DNA of 39,847 bases. Origin: Jimgerdemannia flammicorona (taxonomy: Eukaryota). Positions 10,973 through 24,749 of the stretch are shown piece after piece (position 1 is the stretch's first letter; the number at the start of each line of letters is the position of its first letter). Under the pieces are notes generated by a model, which saw nothing but the letters and a program-made list of their open reading frames with translations, ran no database searches and was not told the origin of the DNA. Where the stretch lies: assembly GCA_003990765.1 (NCBI GenBank), contig RBNJ01000133.1, forward strand, positions 1 through 39,847, in the 5' to 3' direction. The translations under genes were made by a program, and so were the position numbers.

Positions 10973-11488
10973 ATGAATCAGAGAGTTGACAACTATCTTC
11001 AGACTCTTGTTCTCAGCTCATTTCAATCACTGCCAGTTCCCCTACCCCAATTCTAAGAAGTCATTGGGAATACTCTCCAGAAAATTCAGATTCATCAAGA
11101 GAATCTTATCCTAGCCAGATGATTGTAACAGATCTATCAACTTCAGGCCCACTATGTAATTGGAGAGCAATTGCAGAACCTCCCAGTCCCAGAACAAACA
11201 TATATCAGAAACACCACAGAACTATTAAGAATAGATGTCACTGCTGCAGACAGGCTCTACACTCTTTATAAACCTAACCCTGTAGCCTTATTATAAGTAT
11301 AATTCCCCTGGTGTGATGTATGAAGAATGAATCTGACCACCTACCTAAGCATCATCAATGCTGTTGAAATCCTATTTCCAGAAGAAGAAGAAGAACCCTT
11401 AGAATGGAGCAACTATGGTACAGACAACAAAGATGATGGAACATGTATTAGTGCAGAAAATGCTTACCCACACTGAGATGATGACTAA
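10973..11488 (+). pseudogene. 3' accessory ORF of B (172 codons), homologous to the LTR ORF of A/C
   Basis: Single frame from ATG to TAA with only transition-type internal stops; HYVIGEQL...AADRLYTLYKPNPVALL...CDV(R)RMN; acidic tail. Confidence 0.75.
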
Positions 11489-11528
11489 AGGATAGTCTGA
11501 GGACAGACCATCCTTTAGTGGGGGCTGA

Positions 11529-11675
11529 TGTGACAAACCAAAACATACCATCTGAATTATAACTTAGCCAGATAATGTGAACATATAGCATAGTAATCAG
11601 ACACAGCAACCATTGCTGTGGAAAACTGTATAAAAAACTACCAGATAAGGTATATCTGTACAGGACCTATATACC
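11529..11675 (+). repeat. Truncated 3' LTR of B
   Basis: TGTGACAAACCAAAACATACC matches the starts of the E LTRs; ends at a poly-T tract. Confidence 0.85.
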
Positions 11676-11790
11676 TTTTTTTTTTTTTTCTATACTCATT
11701 TATTCCAAACACAGTTACATATCAAAACAGTTAAGTCATTATCAATAGTAATATAGATCACCTTGAGTATACTTACTCTTATTATTATTT
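11676..11790 (-). mobile_element. Probable 3' tail of a polyadenylated retroposed sequence (LINE-type); right boundary uncertain
   Basis: Minus strand reads AATAAA then about 9 nt then poly(A); interrupts the B LTR. Confidence 0.55.
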
Positions 11791-12354
11791 CTTGAGTGAA
11801 GAGTATTGTACAGATCATTTATCAATAGAAGGATAGAATAATTAAGTAGCTTACAGATTTATACTATAATATAGCTAATTAGTATATTTTTAAGAATATA
11901 GTTTCTAAGTATAAGATAAGGATTAATTTACTTAAAATAGATAGAAATTAGTGAAAATTATTAGTAAACTATATATTTTAGCAAACAGAATATCAAATTA
12001 TACTAATTTTTCAAATTATTTACATTATTTTTATATTATAACATCTGTATGAGGAATATATTAATTATTAAAATAATATGGATAAATTTGTTACAATATG
12101 TTCAGATATTAATACAAATAGATAAAGAATTATATAAAGTGTTAGAAAGATGATAGATAAATTAAAATAACATAACAATTATAATAAGTAAGTACAATTT
12201 AATGAGAATTAAATAAATATAAGATATATATATATATATATATTACGCTTATTAATATAATTTCAATTTATTTTATAATAGATACCAATAAATACTATAA
12301 TTAATATAGCTATCAATACATAGGTTCAATAAGATGATATCAAAGATTATATAG

Positions 12355-13971
12355 TGTAATAGTAATCTCAGAATGATGATATCATTATAGAAGATAGCCT
12401 TTTCTTATAAGCCACCAGATTAGAGTATAAGAAGATCATATGGCATGACTCACCCAAGCTATAAAATGAGTAACAATGACAAACTATAAGTCATGATAAC
12501 TACAAGATAGAAGATCTCAAGGAATATAAAAGAAGAACTAAGAAACTACAATAGCAGCAACTTAAATAAGACTCACAAAAATTCTGAAATAGTTCAAAAG
12601 ACTCACTATAAATAAAATATCTGCTGCTTATCAAACTGCAAGATCCAGAAACCACCAAGACTTCTCAGTCCAAGAAAGAATATTCTAAGATATCAGGAGA
12701 GTCATGAGGACCTATACCAGAAGGATTCCTAGTCTCAATCTGATACTGGTGACTCTTACCACTTTACTCTCTACTACTATGAAATGGAGACAAGGATTAC
12801 TACTCTTACCAAATATTTCTAGATATAATAAGAATATGAAATAGGAAATCTCCTCTATCAAGAATTCTCTCAGACCAGTCTCCAAGAGATATAAGATGAC
12901 ACTTCTATAGATATATACAAATTAAGAGTAGCTAAAAAGATCTATCAGATCTTCAGACATACATCTTGGTCAATTCTCAACTTAGAGTATACCAGAGTCT
13001 CAGACTTTAAGGAGTTATCAGTCTATTGTACAGACACACTAGAGGCTATGGTGGCCACAGAAGCCTAATCTATTATCACTCTCAAAAGTAATGAGATAGA
13101 AGAGTTCTGGAATCCCATCCTTTAAGACAATTCAGATCAATTCCTACAAGAATTGATCTTAGTATTCTAAGACCCCAGTATTCAGGTCAAACTCTCTTAA
13201 GATCCCACCTTTGTTCTCTACTTTGTGGAGAAAAATATCATAGATTAGAGAGCCCCCAATCTCCTTCCTACTGCTATTGAATATAATAACATCACTAGTA
13301 ATGATATCACTCTACTAATTGACATATGCAAAATATATGAAATAAATGAAATACTTACAGAAATTTTTACTGACCTTATTTCCTTCAAAGACATCCTGTT
13401 TCTGATCTCTAGTTTTGATGATAGTAATGAAGACAAAGCCTCCAGGATTTTGAACATTCTGCTCTAATTTATTTATATAACTATTTGTTTAAATACTTGA
13501 ATATTCTGATATTCTGACTTCATATAACTATCAGAAATTATTTTAACATTTTGATCTTATATAATCAATTATACAGGCACTTGAATTTATACCTATAATC
13601 TGAAGTTTTCTGTATTCAAATATCTTATTTGGTTATTGAATTTTATATTTAGCTTTGTATCTTAATAATTATTGAATTATATTTTGTATAAATACCCCTC
13701 TTAGTTCTTCAAAATAAAGTCAGTATTAAAACACTCAAGCATTTAAGTACTCAACTACTCAAGAGTATAAGAGTTCTAGTCCTCTACTCAATTCTATACA
13801 AGTAAATCAAGGAGTTAATAGAGCAGTTTAAAGATAAGAAGTTTGAAGACTATAAGACCTTGGGAAGGCACTCTAATAGAACTTGCTTATAAGAAGCATA
13901 TAGTTGGTCTAAGAGATATACCTTGAAGAGAATCTGATATACTTGGAGAACTTAATACTCTCCACATGATA
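12355..13971 (+). repeat. 5' LTR of C (about 1.6 kb)
   Basis: TGTAAT...CATGATA, colinear with 1348-2881, followed by ACTTGGTACCTATTGGCTGG (PBS; tRNA not assigned). Confidence 0.88.
12680..13467 (+). pseudogene. Decayed copy of the LTR-embedded accessory ORF
   Basis: EYEIGNLL, AKKIYQIFRHTSWSILNLEY, SDFKELS, EEFWNPIL and terminal LNILL* align to 1652-2404. Confidence 0.8.
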
Positions 13972-16170
13972 ACTTGGTACCTATTGGCTGGTGATACTAT
14001 TAGAATTTCTTACTTTCAAGCTGAATAATAAACAACTACCACAATAACTACCCTGACTATAAGAGTCACCCTCTATAAGAATTCAAAATAAGATAGAAAT
14101 ACATTCCTCTACATTTAATAGATTTACTACTGAAGAGTCAATCCTGACCTTTATTGAAGACTTTGAACAATTTGTCACTATACAAGCTCTCAATATTGAA
14201 GTATAATTGGCTCTCCTATCTGTCAACCTCAGAGGATCTACCAGAGACAAGTTCAATACAGTTACTATTACTGACAATAGTGCAGTCAAACTCACCAATA
14301 TAAAGAATATCTTCAGAACTATATACTATATTAAAGAGATCAAGCAAGCTCTCAAAGATCAACTTAACACTATCTACCAAGGACTCAATAAAGACCCCAA
14401 CTCATTCTATACTCAAATCTGTCACCAGATTGTCTTGGCTGACTATGATGATGCTCCCAAAGAACAGATAGCTGATTCAATCTTTCTAAAAGAAGTCTAC
14501 CTTGAAATCATCCTAGCAAACCAGTCTATCCCAGCTACTCTGACTCTTGACCAGAAAGTGGTCTTTGTATAGAGATATTAGATCATCAGATACTCTGCTA
14601 AATACTCAATAGAAAGGATAACTGGCATCAAGATAGAGTCACTAAAGCCAATCAGTATCATACCCACTATAGCTCTTAACAGACAACCATCTCTATCTAT
14701 CTCCAAGATAGCTAAAGCTGACCTAGTGGAGGAACTCATCCAGCAGTTTGTCAAGATGACTGCACACCTTGGTGTCATTGTTAGAGAAGTATAAAGTGCC
14801 AACAAGAGACTAGTATAGAGGTTTGCAGCTACTACAGAGGAATATACTATTATATACTTCAAATGTAGAGAAGAAGGCCACTATGTAAAGAATTGTATGA
14901 CCAAAACAAGATATAGAGCCCAACTAAGTAATGTTACCAAAACTAGAGAACAAACCAATACAGTAGTCATTGAGGAGATTGGTAATGCTGATGATGAAGA
15001 ATATTATGAGAAGTCTAAATTCTGTCCTGTTACTGAAGATACCAGAACCCAGTCTAAGCTCTATGACAAGAAGGACAATAGTAAGCTGATTAGAAGATCA
15101 AAAAAGATCCCAATCATCACTATTCAAAGTAAGACCCAACTTGAGAAGATTGATTAAGACATGGAGTTAGATGAAGCTACCCACCAAATTATTGAAAGTA
15201 TATACTACTCTAGTCTCAGGAGAAAGTAAAAGCAAGAAAGAACAGAAGCTGTATAAGATCAAGATCTACTAGTATGATATCTACAAAGATCTCAAGAAAT
15301 AGAAGGTCAATACTAATTTGGACAACTAGCAGAAGTCTCTGCCTTCAGATAGCAGTTAAAAGCAAGACTTACAACTACTTTCAAGAACCAAGAGTATAAG
15401 TTCATAAAAGCTCACAATATATAAGAAGATGAATAAGAAGACCAAGATAAAGAATCTGAAGATCAGTGCAAGACCTCAGCCAATATCTAATGTCAGATTG
15501 AAGATTGTATCTTTGATGCTATCATTGATACTGGTGCTAGAGAATATCTTATAAACAAGAAGACAATTGACTACCTAGGCTGGGATATTGAAGAATCTAT
15601 CAAAATAGTCTATATTATAGCAGATGGTACATGAGTTACCCTCCTAGACAAGATCAGAGGAGCTATCATTCTAGTAGATATGATCATTACAAGTGCTACC
15701 AACTATGATATTCTCATTAATAATTAATGGCTTCACAAGGTCAAGGCTATCATTGACCTCAATGTTCAGAAGATATAGATCAACTATAGAGGAAGAAAGA
15801 TATGGATCTCTATCAATGTCTACAAAGAAGTACTACCAGATATGGAGGAAAGAGATGAAGAGGATACAGAAGTCTTCATATACTTGGTGTACAAGAACAA
15901 GAGTAAGACAACCAAGCTCACAGATGAGCAGTAGTACAATAAGATCATTGATAGCTATGCCTCTCAAGGAAAATGCCCCCATAGTGCCAGGATATACTAC
16001 TCTGATATCTAAATGACTGCTGGTCCTATATCAGTGAAGTCAGAAAAATCCATCAACAAAGATATGAGCAAGAAGCAGCCAGGGCAGAAAAAGAAGCCAA
16101 AAAAGATGATTAGCCCCTAGAGCTTCAAGCTGATAGTAATGATGAGGAGGAACAAAAATCAGACATTACT

Positions 16171-16581
16171 CTCAAGGTTAAGAAGTTTTACCCCAAAGTC
16201 AAGATCTCAAAATACAAGACTAAAGAAGCTGTAGGAATGAATCTTGCCAGCATCCAAGATGCTATCCTTGAACCACAAACCACTACTCTACTTAGTACTA
16301 AAATTTGAGTCAAGTTATCAGAGAACTATACTGAAATTATCAAGACCAGGAGCAGTCTAGCTAAGAGTGAAATCTCAGTTAAAAAAGGAGTCATTAACTC
16401 TGATTATACTGGTGAGATCTTCCTTATAGTCAGGAATTACAACTCCACCACTCCATTTGAAGTTAAGAAGTATGACAGGATTGGCCAGATACTGATCCAC
16501 AAAGTCAAGAAGCCTAAGATCACTGAAGCCATTAAACTCATCAAGACTAAGAGAGAAGAACAAGGCTTTGGATCTATTGGA
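16171..16581 (+). pseudogene. dUTPase domain of element C
   Basis: AVGMNL, TRSSLA, GVINSDYTGEI, DRIGQ, REEQGFGSIG. Confidence 0.88.
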
Positions 16582-16690
16582 AGAGGAGCCTATACTGCTA
16601 CCAAGATTACCAAACTCAAGCATAAGAAAGACAAGGACCAGAACAAGTATACATAGACCATTAGAGAAAATATTCCCCTAAAAGAATAAC

Positions 16691-18640
16691 TTTTTTTTTT
16701 TAATTTTTTTATAGTTACTTGAACTCCTTTATTACAGAAACTATCTAATACAACAATGACTCCACCTGATAACTACTATAACTACAAATACAAAGAAGGG
16801 CCCATCAGCCCACACCTTCTTTCCACTGCACCCCCTTCTCACTAAGCACTAGGTGCTCCTGACTCCTCTGAACTATGTCTAGTACTTTCCTCATAGCCCC
16901 CAACTGGTGCCTCTTCCCCTGATACCACCACCCTTGCACTACTTCCAAAAGTAGCCCCTTCCACCACTCTACCAATTCACTAATTCCCATCCAAGGATCC
17001 CTCTTGAACACTCAATGCCAGTGTACTGCCATCAGGACCTAGATACCAATAATCCAACCCAGACCACCCCAAATGTCCCCAATCTTACCCACTAGTCGCT
17101 GCTTGACCACCTGACTAGTGGGGCCTCCTGCTCACTCACTCTCATCACCCCAATAGCTTTCTAATGTCTGCCAAAATCCCTCAACCCCTGGACATGCTGC
17201 CAAGACATGCTCTGGCATCTGCACCACACCCCCATCTAGCTCACAACACCACTCACATTCCCTTACACCTTCAGCCTCCATCCACCCTCTCCAGTACCCC
17301 AGCATGATATTCCTTCATAAGAATCTCCACCATATCACCCAAAACTTTGGAGGTACAACCTTAAGCAAGGAGGTCTCCCAACCCCAAATCTGATCCCACT
17401 CCCAATCTTCCCCAAACCCAGCCTTCTGCCAACTAACCAGCCACCTCTCAAGTGGACCTGTCCAGATCCATTCCATCACCCCAGACAGAGAATATTCTGC
17501 CAACTAGTGACCACTAATATGAATATCTCCAAGTCACCACAATTGCTGTTCCAGGTCCTCCTCTTTGCCCAGCTCTGGACCTGTGAGTTCCATTGCCAGC
17601 CAAGCTTCTACAATACTCTATCAGAACCCCCAGTAATGCAATCTGCTAACCCTTCCAACCTGAAGCAAGCCTCACATATCCTTCTGAACCTCACCATGTG
17701 GGCAAAACCTGACTTCCCAATTATCCATAGCCAGCTTGCCCCAACTATCCACTCCTAATTCTGTTAGTTAATAACTCCACTAGCCCTGAAGTACCTTCAG
17801 CTGCCTCCAAAAGTCCACCAGCCCCAAACTACCATTTATTGTCTACATCACTACTATCTTTTAACTAATCTGTGGCCTTCTTCCTTACCATAGCCATCCT
17901 TCCACCACCTTCTTTAGTTTCTGTACCACCCATCTAGGAAAGTCCAAATGGTACCCCAAATACTACAGCTTTGATAGCCAATACACATTCAATACTACAA
18001 TCCTCTCCACCAAAGAGAAGCCCCTCTCTGACCAGTCCACCAAAGTGCTCTCTCACTTCTGTATCATACTACATCACCACTCTTTTAGCAGCACTGTCCC
18101 ATATACCAAAAACCAGACACCCAAATATCAAACTGCCTCTCCAGTACTGACCAGTCATCCGAAATGGCCATGCTCTCCCAGACCAGCTCCAAGCTCTATA
18201 GTCTCACACTTGTCCCAATTCAGCTTTGCCCCTACCAGCCTCTCATATTGTCCTACCCCTTTCTGCAAGCTTTCCACATCTGCCATACAGCCTAACTCTA
18301 CCACCATATCATCAGTGAAGGCCCCCAGCTTCCAGATCATATCCCCCATCTTCAGTCCAGTAAGCCTCCCCTTCAGCCATACCAATAAAGGCTCCAAGGA
18401 TAAAATATAGAGCAGGGATAAAAGAGGATCCCTCTGTGGCATGCCTCTCCCCAATACAAACTCAGGGCCACTCCACCTATTTATTAGTACTATAGCCTGA
18501 TAGCCTCACACCAGGCCCATCAGTTTCTGAGCCTCCACCATACTGAATCCCACCTTCTGCAGAACTGCCTCCAAATAGTCCCACCACACTCTGTCATAAG
18601 CCTTTTCCTTATCTAGGAATACCATTCTCCCATCCACTTG
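16691..18640 (-). mobile_element. 5'-truncated L1-like LINE (RT C-terminal half, 3' UTR, poly(A))
   Basis: Minus strand FLDKEKAYDRVWW, GMPQRDPL, AFTDDM; homologous to 37930-39847; AATAAA and poly(A) at 16733-16691. Confidence 0.9.
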
Positions 18641-19048
18641 TCTATATAATTAATAAATATATTTAATAGTAAAAATAATAATAATTCTTATATATATAGT
18701 ATTCTCTTATTATAGTAATTCAATTAGTAATCAGTATATAAAAAAGAAATAAATTGATAATCTATTATTATCTATTAAAGTTAGTAGATATATATATGCA
18801 AAGTCTATATAAGTATAAGACCCAAGTAAGTAATAGTACTGAATCTATTTGAGTATTGACAAGTAATAATATAAAAGCTCTTAATATAATTTATTAAATA
18901 AAAGATACAATTAGAGCTAGATAATATGTAAATAGTTTTATTTATTTACTTAATATTAGTCAAAAATATATTATTATTAATATATTATAGTGTATTTATA
19001 TATTTATATTTCTTTATCTATTATATAAAGATAAAGTATTGCAGATAT

Positions 19049-19538
19049 TGTTATAGTTGATTTGAATTAGTAATATGAATCAGAGGAATTAGACATTTGA
19101 TTGTGGTATCTGAACCCAATTCTCAATATAGTATAATCTTATAAATAGTAGTCATTTCACAAATATTGAAGTTTTCATAAATGTTAAACTCTTCACAAAT
19201 ATTAAGAATTTATAGATGTTAAAGTTTTGATGATTATCAAAGATTTAACAGATGTCAAGGATTAAATATTTGTGAAAAGTAACTCATAATATAGTTATAA
19301 CTTAGCCACCTTATAGCTAGCAAACTTATATAAATAACTCAGTATCTTAGAGTAAATAAACCTCAGATTGAAATAGTTTAAAGTAAAGAGAAAGCAAAGG
19401 AACTAGTAAGTCTGTGGGCAGATACACTTCAAACTCACTCCTCTATACCCTGAGGACTCTGTGAAAGTCAGAACAAGTCAAGTTTTTAAGATACAAATAT
19501 CCATCATACTTCTGAGGTTAGGCATCTGCTATGTTATA
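19049..19538 (+). repeat. 5' LTR of D (490 bp)
   Basis: Direct repeat of 25193-25634; TGTTAT...GTTATA. Confidence 0.9.
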
Positions 19539-19619
19539 ACTTGGTGTCTATTGGCTGATAATTTAAGATGAATCTCTCACTTTTAAGCTAAACAATAAAT
19601 AATCACTACTATCTGAACA

Positions 19620-22600
19620 ACTATATAAATTTAATCAAGACATCCAGACAAGATAGATATAAGACCACCAGTATTCTATAGATATATCTCAGATAAATCA
19701 ATCATTACCTTTATTGATGATTTTGAGCAATATGCTACTGTAAGGACCCTGACAGAAATACAGCAAGTAGCCCTCCTGCTCTTCAGTCTCCAAGGACCAG
19801 CAAGAGCAGTATTAATAGCTGTAATATATGTGGAAATAATGACAATATAGTGCTAGCAGTACAGAAGACCTGGCTCTGAGCCACCTACTATATATATAGA
19901 TGAGATTAAGCAAGCTCTAAAGGATCAGCTCAATACAACTTACTAAGAAATAAGTGAGGATCTAAATACATTCTACACCAGAACCTGATATCAGATAATC
20001 CTTACAGATTATGCTGCTACTATTTAAGACCAAGTAGCCAAGACAACCTTTATAAAAGGAGTTTACTCAGAGATAGCCCTAGCTATCTGCTCATTATCAA
20101 TAGTCCTAGATTTATCACAAAAAGTCACCTATGCCCAGTAATACTAGATAGTTAGACATCTACAAGACAATATAATGGAAAGAGTTACCAGAGTTAGAAT
20201 TGAAGCATCCAAGATAACTAGTGTGATCTCTACCACAGTGATCAATTGAAATACACCTCAGTCAAGAGCTACTGAGCAGTAGAGGAATAGTGACTCCATA
20301 GAGGAACTTGTCAAGAAGTTTGCCAAAATGATAGCCCACCTAGGAGATATAGTAATGGAAATTAGAGAAAGAGATCACTGCTCAGTTCAGAAGTCTGCTA
20401 ATACTACAGACAAGAAGAGAGATATCTGCTACACTTGTGGAGAAGAAGACTACTACTTATATAAATATATGAGTGAAACTAAGCACAAGGTCCAGCCAAG
20501 CAATGTTACTCAAAATAAGGAATAGGTCAATACCATTATCTTCAAAGAGATTGGAGAATCAGATAAAAAAGAATAAAAAGCCTACTCTGCCAAGACTATC
20601 AAGAAAGATGTCCACAAACAACCCTATAAGAGACCACCAGAGAGACCCAAGAAGAACTCTATGGAAAAGTAGATGGAGACTGCTATATAAAGTCAAGGTG
20701 AAGAAATGAATCAAGATATGGAGCTAGAACAAGCTGTTCAAGATATCATTCAAGGAACCACTCTAGTCAGTAAAAGAGAAAAGAAGAAAAAGCTTCACAA
20801 AACCAAGACCTTTAAGTATGATATCTTCAAGGACCTCAGTCAACAAAAGATCAATACAACCTTTGGCCAGCTAGCAGAAATACCCACATTCAGACAACAA
20901 ATGAGATATGGACTTGCTGAGACAACTAAGAAGCAAGATTAGAAGATAACTGAGACCAATAATATTCAAGAAGACTCAGAAGAAGAGAGCAAAGATAATC
21001 ACAAGACCTCTGCTTATATAATCTGTCAGATTGAAGATAGAATCTTCAAAGCCATTATTGATACAAGAGTAGAAAGATGTCTCCTCAGCAAGAAAGCAGT
21101 AGACCACCTAGGTTGGAAAGTTGAAGAAGCAACTAAATTGATATTTGTCACAGTAGACAGCATAAAAGCCACACTTCTAGGAAAGATCTGAGATGTTTCC
21201 ATCAAGTTTGGAGAAGCAACCATCCCAGTAGATGTGATTATGACCAATGCTATTAATGATGATATCCTCATCAGCAATCAGTGGCTTCACAAAGTCAAGA
21301 CAATAATTGATCTGAATGCTCAGAAGATACAAATCATATACTGAGGTCAGAAGATGTGAATTCCCATCAATATCAATAAAGAAGTACTGCCTAAAATAGT
21401 GGAAGAAGAAAGTGAGCAAGAAGAAGCCTATATGGTGACTACTAAGAAAAAGAAGAAGAAAATCAGATAGATTAGTGAAGAAGACTGGTGCAAGAAGATT
21501 GCAGAAGGATATACACCACAAGAAGTCTGTCTCTATGAAATCAAGATATACTGTAGTGAGCATATTAATGGCTGCTACCAATATAGCATTGGCATCAGAA
21601 AGATCTACCAGAAAAGAAGACAGAAGGTTCTTAAAAAACAGACAAGAGAAGAGGAGAAGAAGGAAGAGAATGATGAACCACTAGCCCTTCTGGAGGACAG
21701 TGATAATGAAGAAGAAATTAAGGTTAAGATTGGAGAATCCACCCTAATGTAGTTCTACCAGAATATAAGTCAGAAAATATAGCTAGAATGGATATTTATA
21801 GTAGAATAAACCATACTGGAGCCCCAGACAACCACCCTACTTGTAACTGGTCTGGAGATGATCATTCCAAAGAACCATATCAGAATCCTTAAGACAAGAA
21901 GCAGTCTGGCTAAAAGTGAAATCACAATTTAAGGAGAAGTCATTAATTTAGATTATATTGGAGAAATACTACTTATTACTAGGAACCACTATCCTATGAT
22001 TCTATTTCCAATCAAGAAGAAGAACTAACTGGCATAGATGTTGATCTTCTCAGTTCTTCAGCCAAGGATCATGGAAGTCAAAAAGTTAGAGGAAATAAAA
22101 AGAGGAAAGAAAGGATTCAGATCCATAAGAAGAGGAGTATTTGCTAGTACCAAGATTACTGAACTGGATTACAAGAAGGAGGAAACTATGAACAAGCATA
22201 GCTACACTATTGGAAATGAATTCCCACTTAAGAAGGAACTCAAGAAGATACTCTATGAATTTGAGAATGTCCTAGCCACAGATTTCAAGGATATCAAAGA
22301 AAAGACCCCACACTATCATGATATAGATATAGGAGACACTAACCAATCTACCAAAAAGCAAGACCAATACTGCCAGCCTGCTGCAAATGGCTCAGAGAAG
22401 AAATCATGCAGATAGAAGAAGCTAGTATATATCATTAAAGAAGCTAGCAGCCCCTGGGCTTCACTAGTTGTACTAGTTCTGAAAAAAGAAAGCAAGCTAA
22501 GAGAATTTGCCCCAAGACTCTGTACTAATTACAGAAAGCTCAACTTGGTTACTAAGAAAGATTACCAACCATTACCCCTCATCAGTGACATCCTTATAAC

Positions 22601-23625
22601 CTTGAGAGATAAAGTACAGTACTACAGCACCTTGGACTTATACTCAGAATTCTATCACTGAAGCAGTAAGTAAAAAGTCAGCTTTCATCACTCCAGATAG
22701 AACCTATGTCTACCTGTGAATACTATTTGGAATGTGCAATACACTAGTAAGCTTCCAGCAAATGATGAACAAAATCTTCTACTATGACATGGAAAGATAG
22801 ATGATAGTCTATATGGATGATGTAATCATCTACAGCAAGACATCTGAGGAATATCTGCACTATATCTAGTAGATAATAGAGAAGCTAAAACAGTATGGTC
22901 TTTACATTAAGCCCAAGAAGTGCAAGTTTGCAGAAATTGAGATCATCTATCTTGGTCATATCATCAATTGAGATAAAATATACACAGACTCCCTCAAGAT
23001 TCAAGCAGTAGCAGTATACCTAAGACCCACTATAGTTACTGAAGCCCAAGCCTTTATGGGACTTATCTCTTACTATCAAAGATTTATCAGAGGATTCTCC
23101 AATATAGCAAGCCCAATCTACAAACTCAACAAAAAGAATATTAAGTTTCAATAGACTGGCAGGTAACAAAAAACATTCAATAAGCTTAAGGTCAGACTGA
23201 CCCAGATATCCATCCTCAGAAGACCTAATTGGACTCAAGAATTCATCCTGCAGATAGATATAAGTACTGAAGAACTAGAAGCAGTTCTGGCCCAAAATAA
23301 AGATAAAATAGAATATGTCATTATATACCTAAGCTGAGAAACCAGAGAAGCTGAAAAAGAATATAAATTCTACAAGTTAGAATACCTGGCAGTCATCTGG
23401 GCTGTAGAGAAGTTCCACTACTATCTGGCAAGAAGACACTTCACCATTTAGACAGACCACTCAGCCCTTACTTAGCTACTGACCACCAGACAATCCAACG
23501 AAATCTATATCAGATAGATCATAAAGTTGTAAGCCTATGATGTAACCAACATATACTACTTAGAAAAAACTAATGTCAATGTAGATACCCTCTCATGGAC
23601 ACCCTGAAGGACCCCCAACTGGTAA
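19620..23625 (+). pseudogene. D gag-PR-dUTPase-RT-RNase H
   Basis: ICYTCGEE knuckle near 20424; AIIDTR near 21051; dUTPase about 21720-22131 (TRSSLA, GVINLDYIGEI, KKGFRS); SPWASLVV, VYMDDV near 22807; TDHSAL. Confidence 0.88.
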
Positions 23626-23632
23626 ACCAATT

Positions 23633-24700
23633 ATAAATAGGAAGCTCTACTATGGAATCATCACCTATCTGAGACAGTAAAATATGCTCTAATATCTGAA
23701 AGAATGGACATAAAGTGATGGAGAAATATTGAAAAAAAGAAAGCTACTAGTAATATCTGAATACAAAAAGGAAGAAGATATCAGATAATTCATCAAAACC
23801 TATAACAAATATCAAAAATAGAAACAAGACAAATGAAACTAAACCCTGGAATCAGTATACATAGAATCAGTACCCTTTGCTCATATAGTAATAAATGTAA
23901 TTAGCCCACTACCTCTGATATTGACCAGCAACTGATATATTATTATTATTGTAGATCTCTTTACAAAATAGATAGAGGCAGGATCCCTTAAAGAAGTCAA
24001 TGTATAGTAAATTGTCAATTTCTTCTATAAAGAAATCATCTGCTGATTCAAGATTCCAATGTAAGTAACTATAGACAAAGAAATAGAATTCATGAACCAG
24101 TTCTTTGAGGTTCTCTATAAGAAGTATAAGATTCAGCATATTCAGACCACAGCCTATCACTCTCAAAGAAATGGACAAGCAGAAAGGACCAATAAGACTC
24201 TTAAGAATATTATTGCCAAGATCTGTGATAACTATAAAAATTGAGACCATTATCTATTAATAGCATTATCTACTCTCTGGAATATTTAATTATAAAGTAT
24301 CCATTTTACCCCTAGAGAAATGCTATTTGGAGAAGAAAGTTCTTAAGAAATCCTATCATCTATTAGAGATACCATATGGAAACACATGGACACAAAGATA
24401 CAGAGACTACACCAAATCAGATAAAAGGCTGAGAATTACATAAAAAAGGCATAGACACTATAATAGAATAATGCAGAGAAAATTTACAAGCCTGTAGAGA
24501 TTATCAAGATAGGAGATAAAGTCCTGGTATATCAGAATATAGTAGAAGCTTTATGGTTATAAAAACTGAAGCCTAAATGGGAAAAACCTTACCTTGTACA
24601 AGATATAAAAGAAACTACCTTTTGGCTACAAAAACTCTCAGATACAATCATCCCCACTACTATTCACTAAAACTGACTCAAGAAGTACTATAGCTAATCA
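23633..24700 (+). pseudogene. Integrase of D, homologous to A integrase
   Basis: IVDLFTK, TTAYHSQRNGQAERTNKTLKNI, KLKPKWE. Confidence 0.88.
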
Positions 24701-24749
24701 ACAAAGTACTACTTTAGCCCTCAATATTACCAGTACTATACAGTAAGCT

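Larger units (their letters stand above)
2882..11675 (+). mobile_element. Ty3/Gypsy element B, decayed: partial 5' LTR, gag-PR-Zn modules-dUTPase-RT-RH, IN, accessory ORF, truncated 3' LTR
   Basis: Domain order PR-RT-RH-IN; PBS at 4161; PPT 11516-11528; 3' LTR starts TGTGAC at 11529. Confidence 0.92.
12355..16690 (+). mobile_element. Ty3/Gypsy element C (A-type LTR), 5' half: LTR, PBS, gag, PR, dUTPase; cut by a LINE
   Basis: LTR homologous to A; knuckle (C)FKCREEGHYVKNC near 14855; AIIDTGA near 15517; internal region homologous to D. Confidence 0.88.

Noticed and set aside
10973-11488. env gene, or a zinc finger read in another frame (RCHCCR)
   Set aside because: No signal peptide or transmembrane segment; the ATG frame matches the A and D accessory motif and the Cys-rich frame is incidental.
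1348-13971. LTRs at 1348 and 12355 as the two ends of one element enclosing B
   Set aside because: The first is preceded by integrase and a PPT (3' LTR) and the second is followed by a PBS and gag (5' LTR); they belong to two copies.
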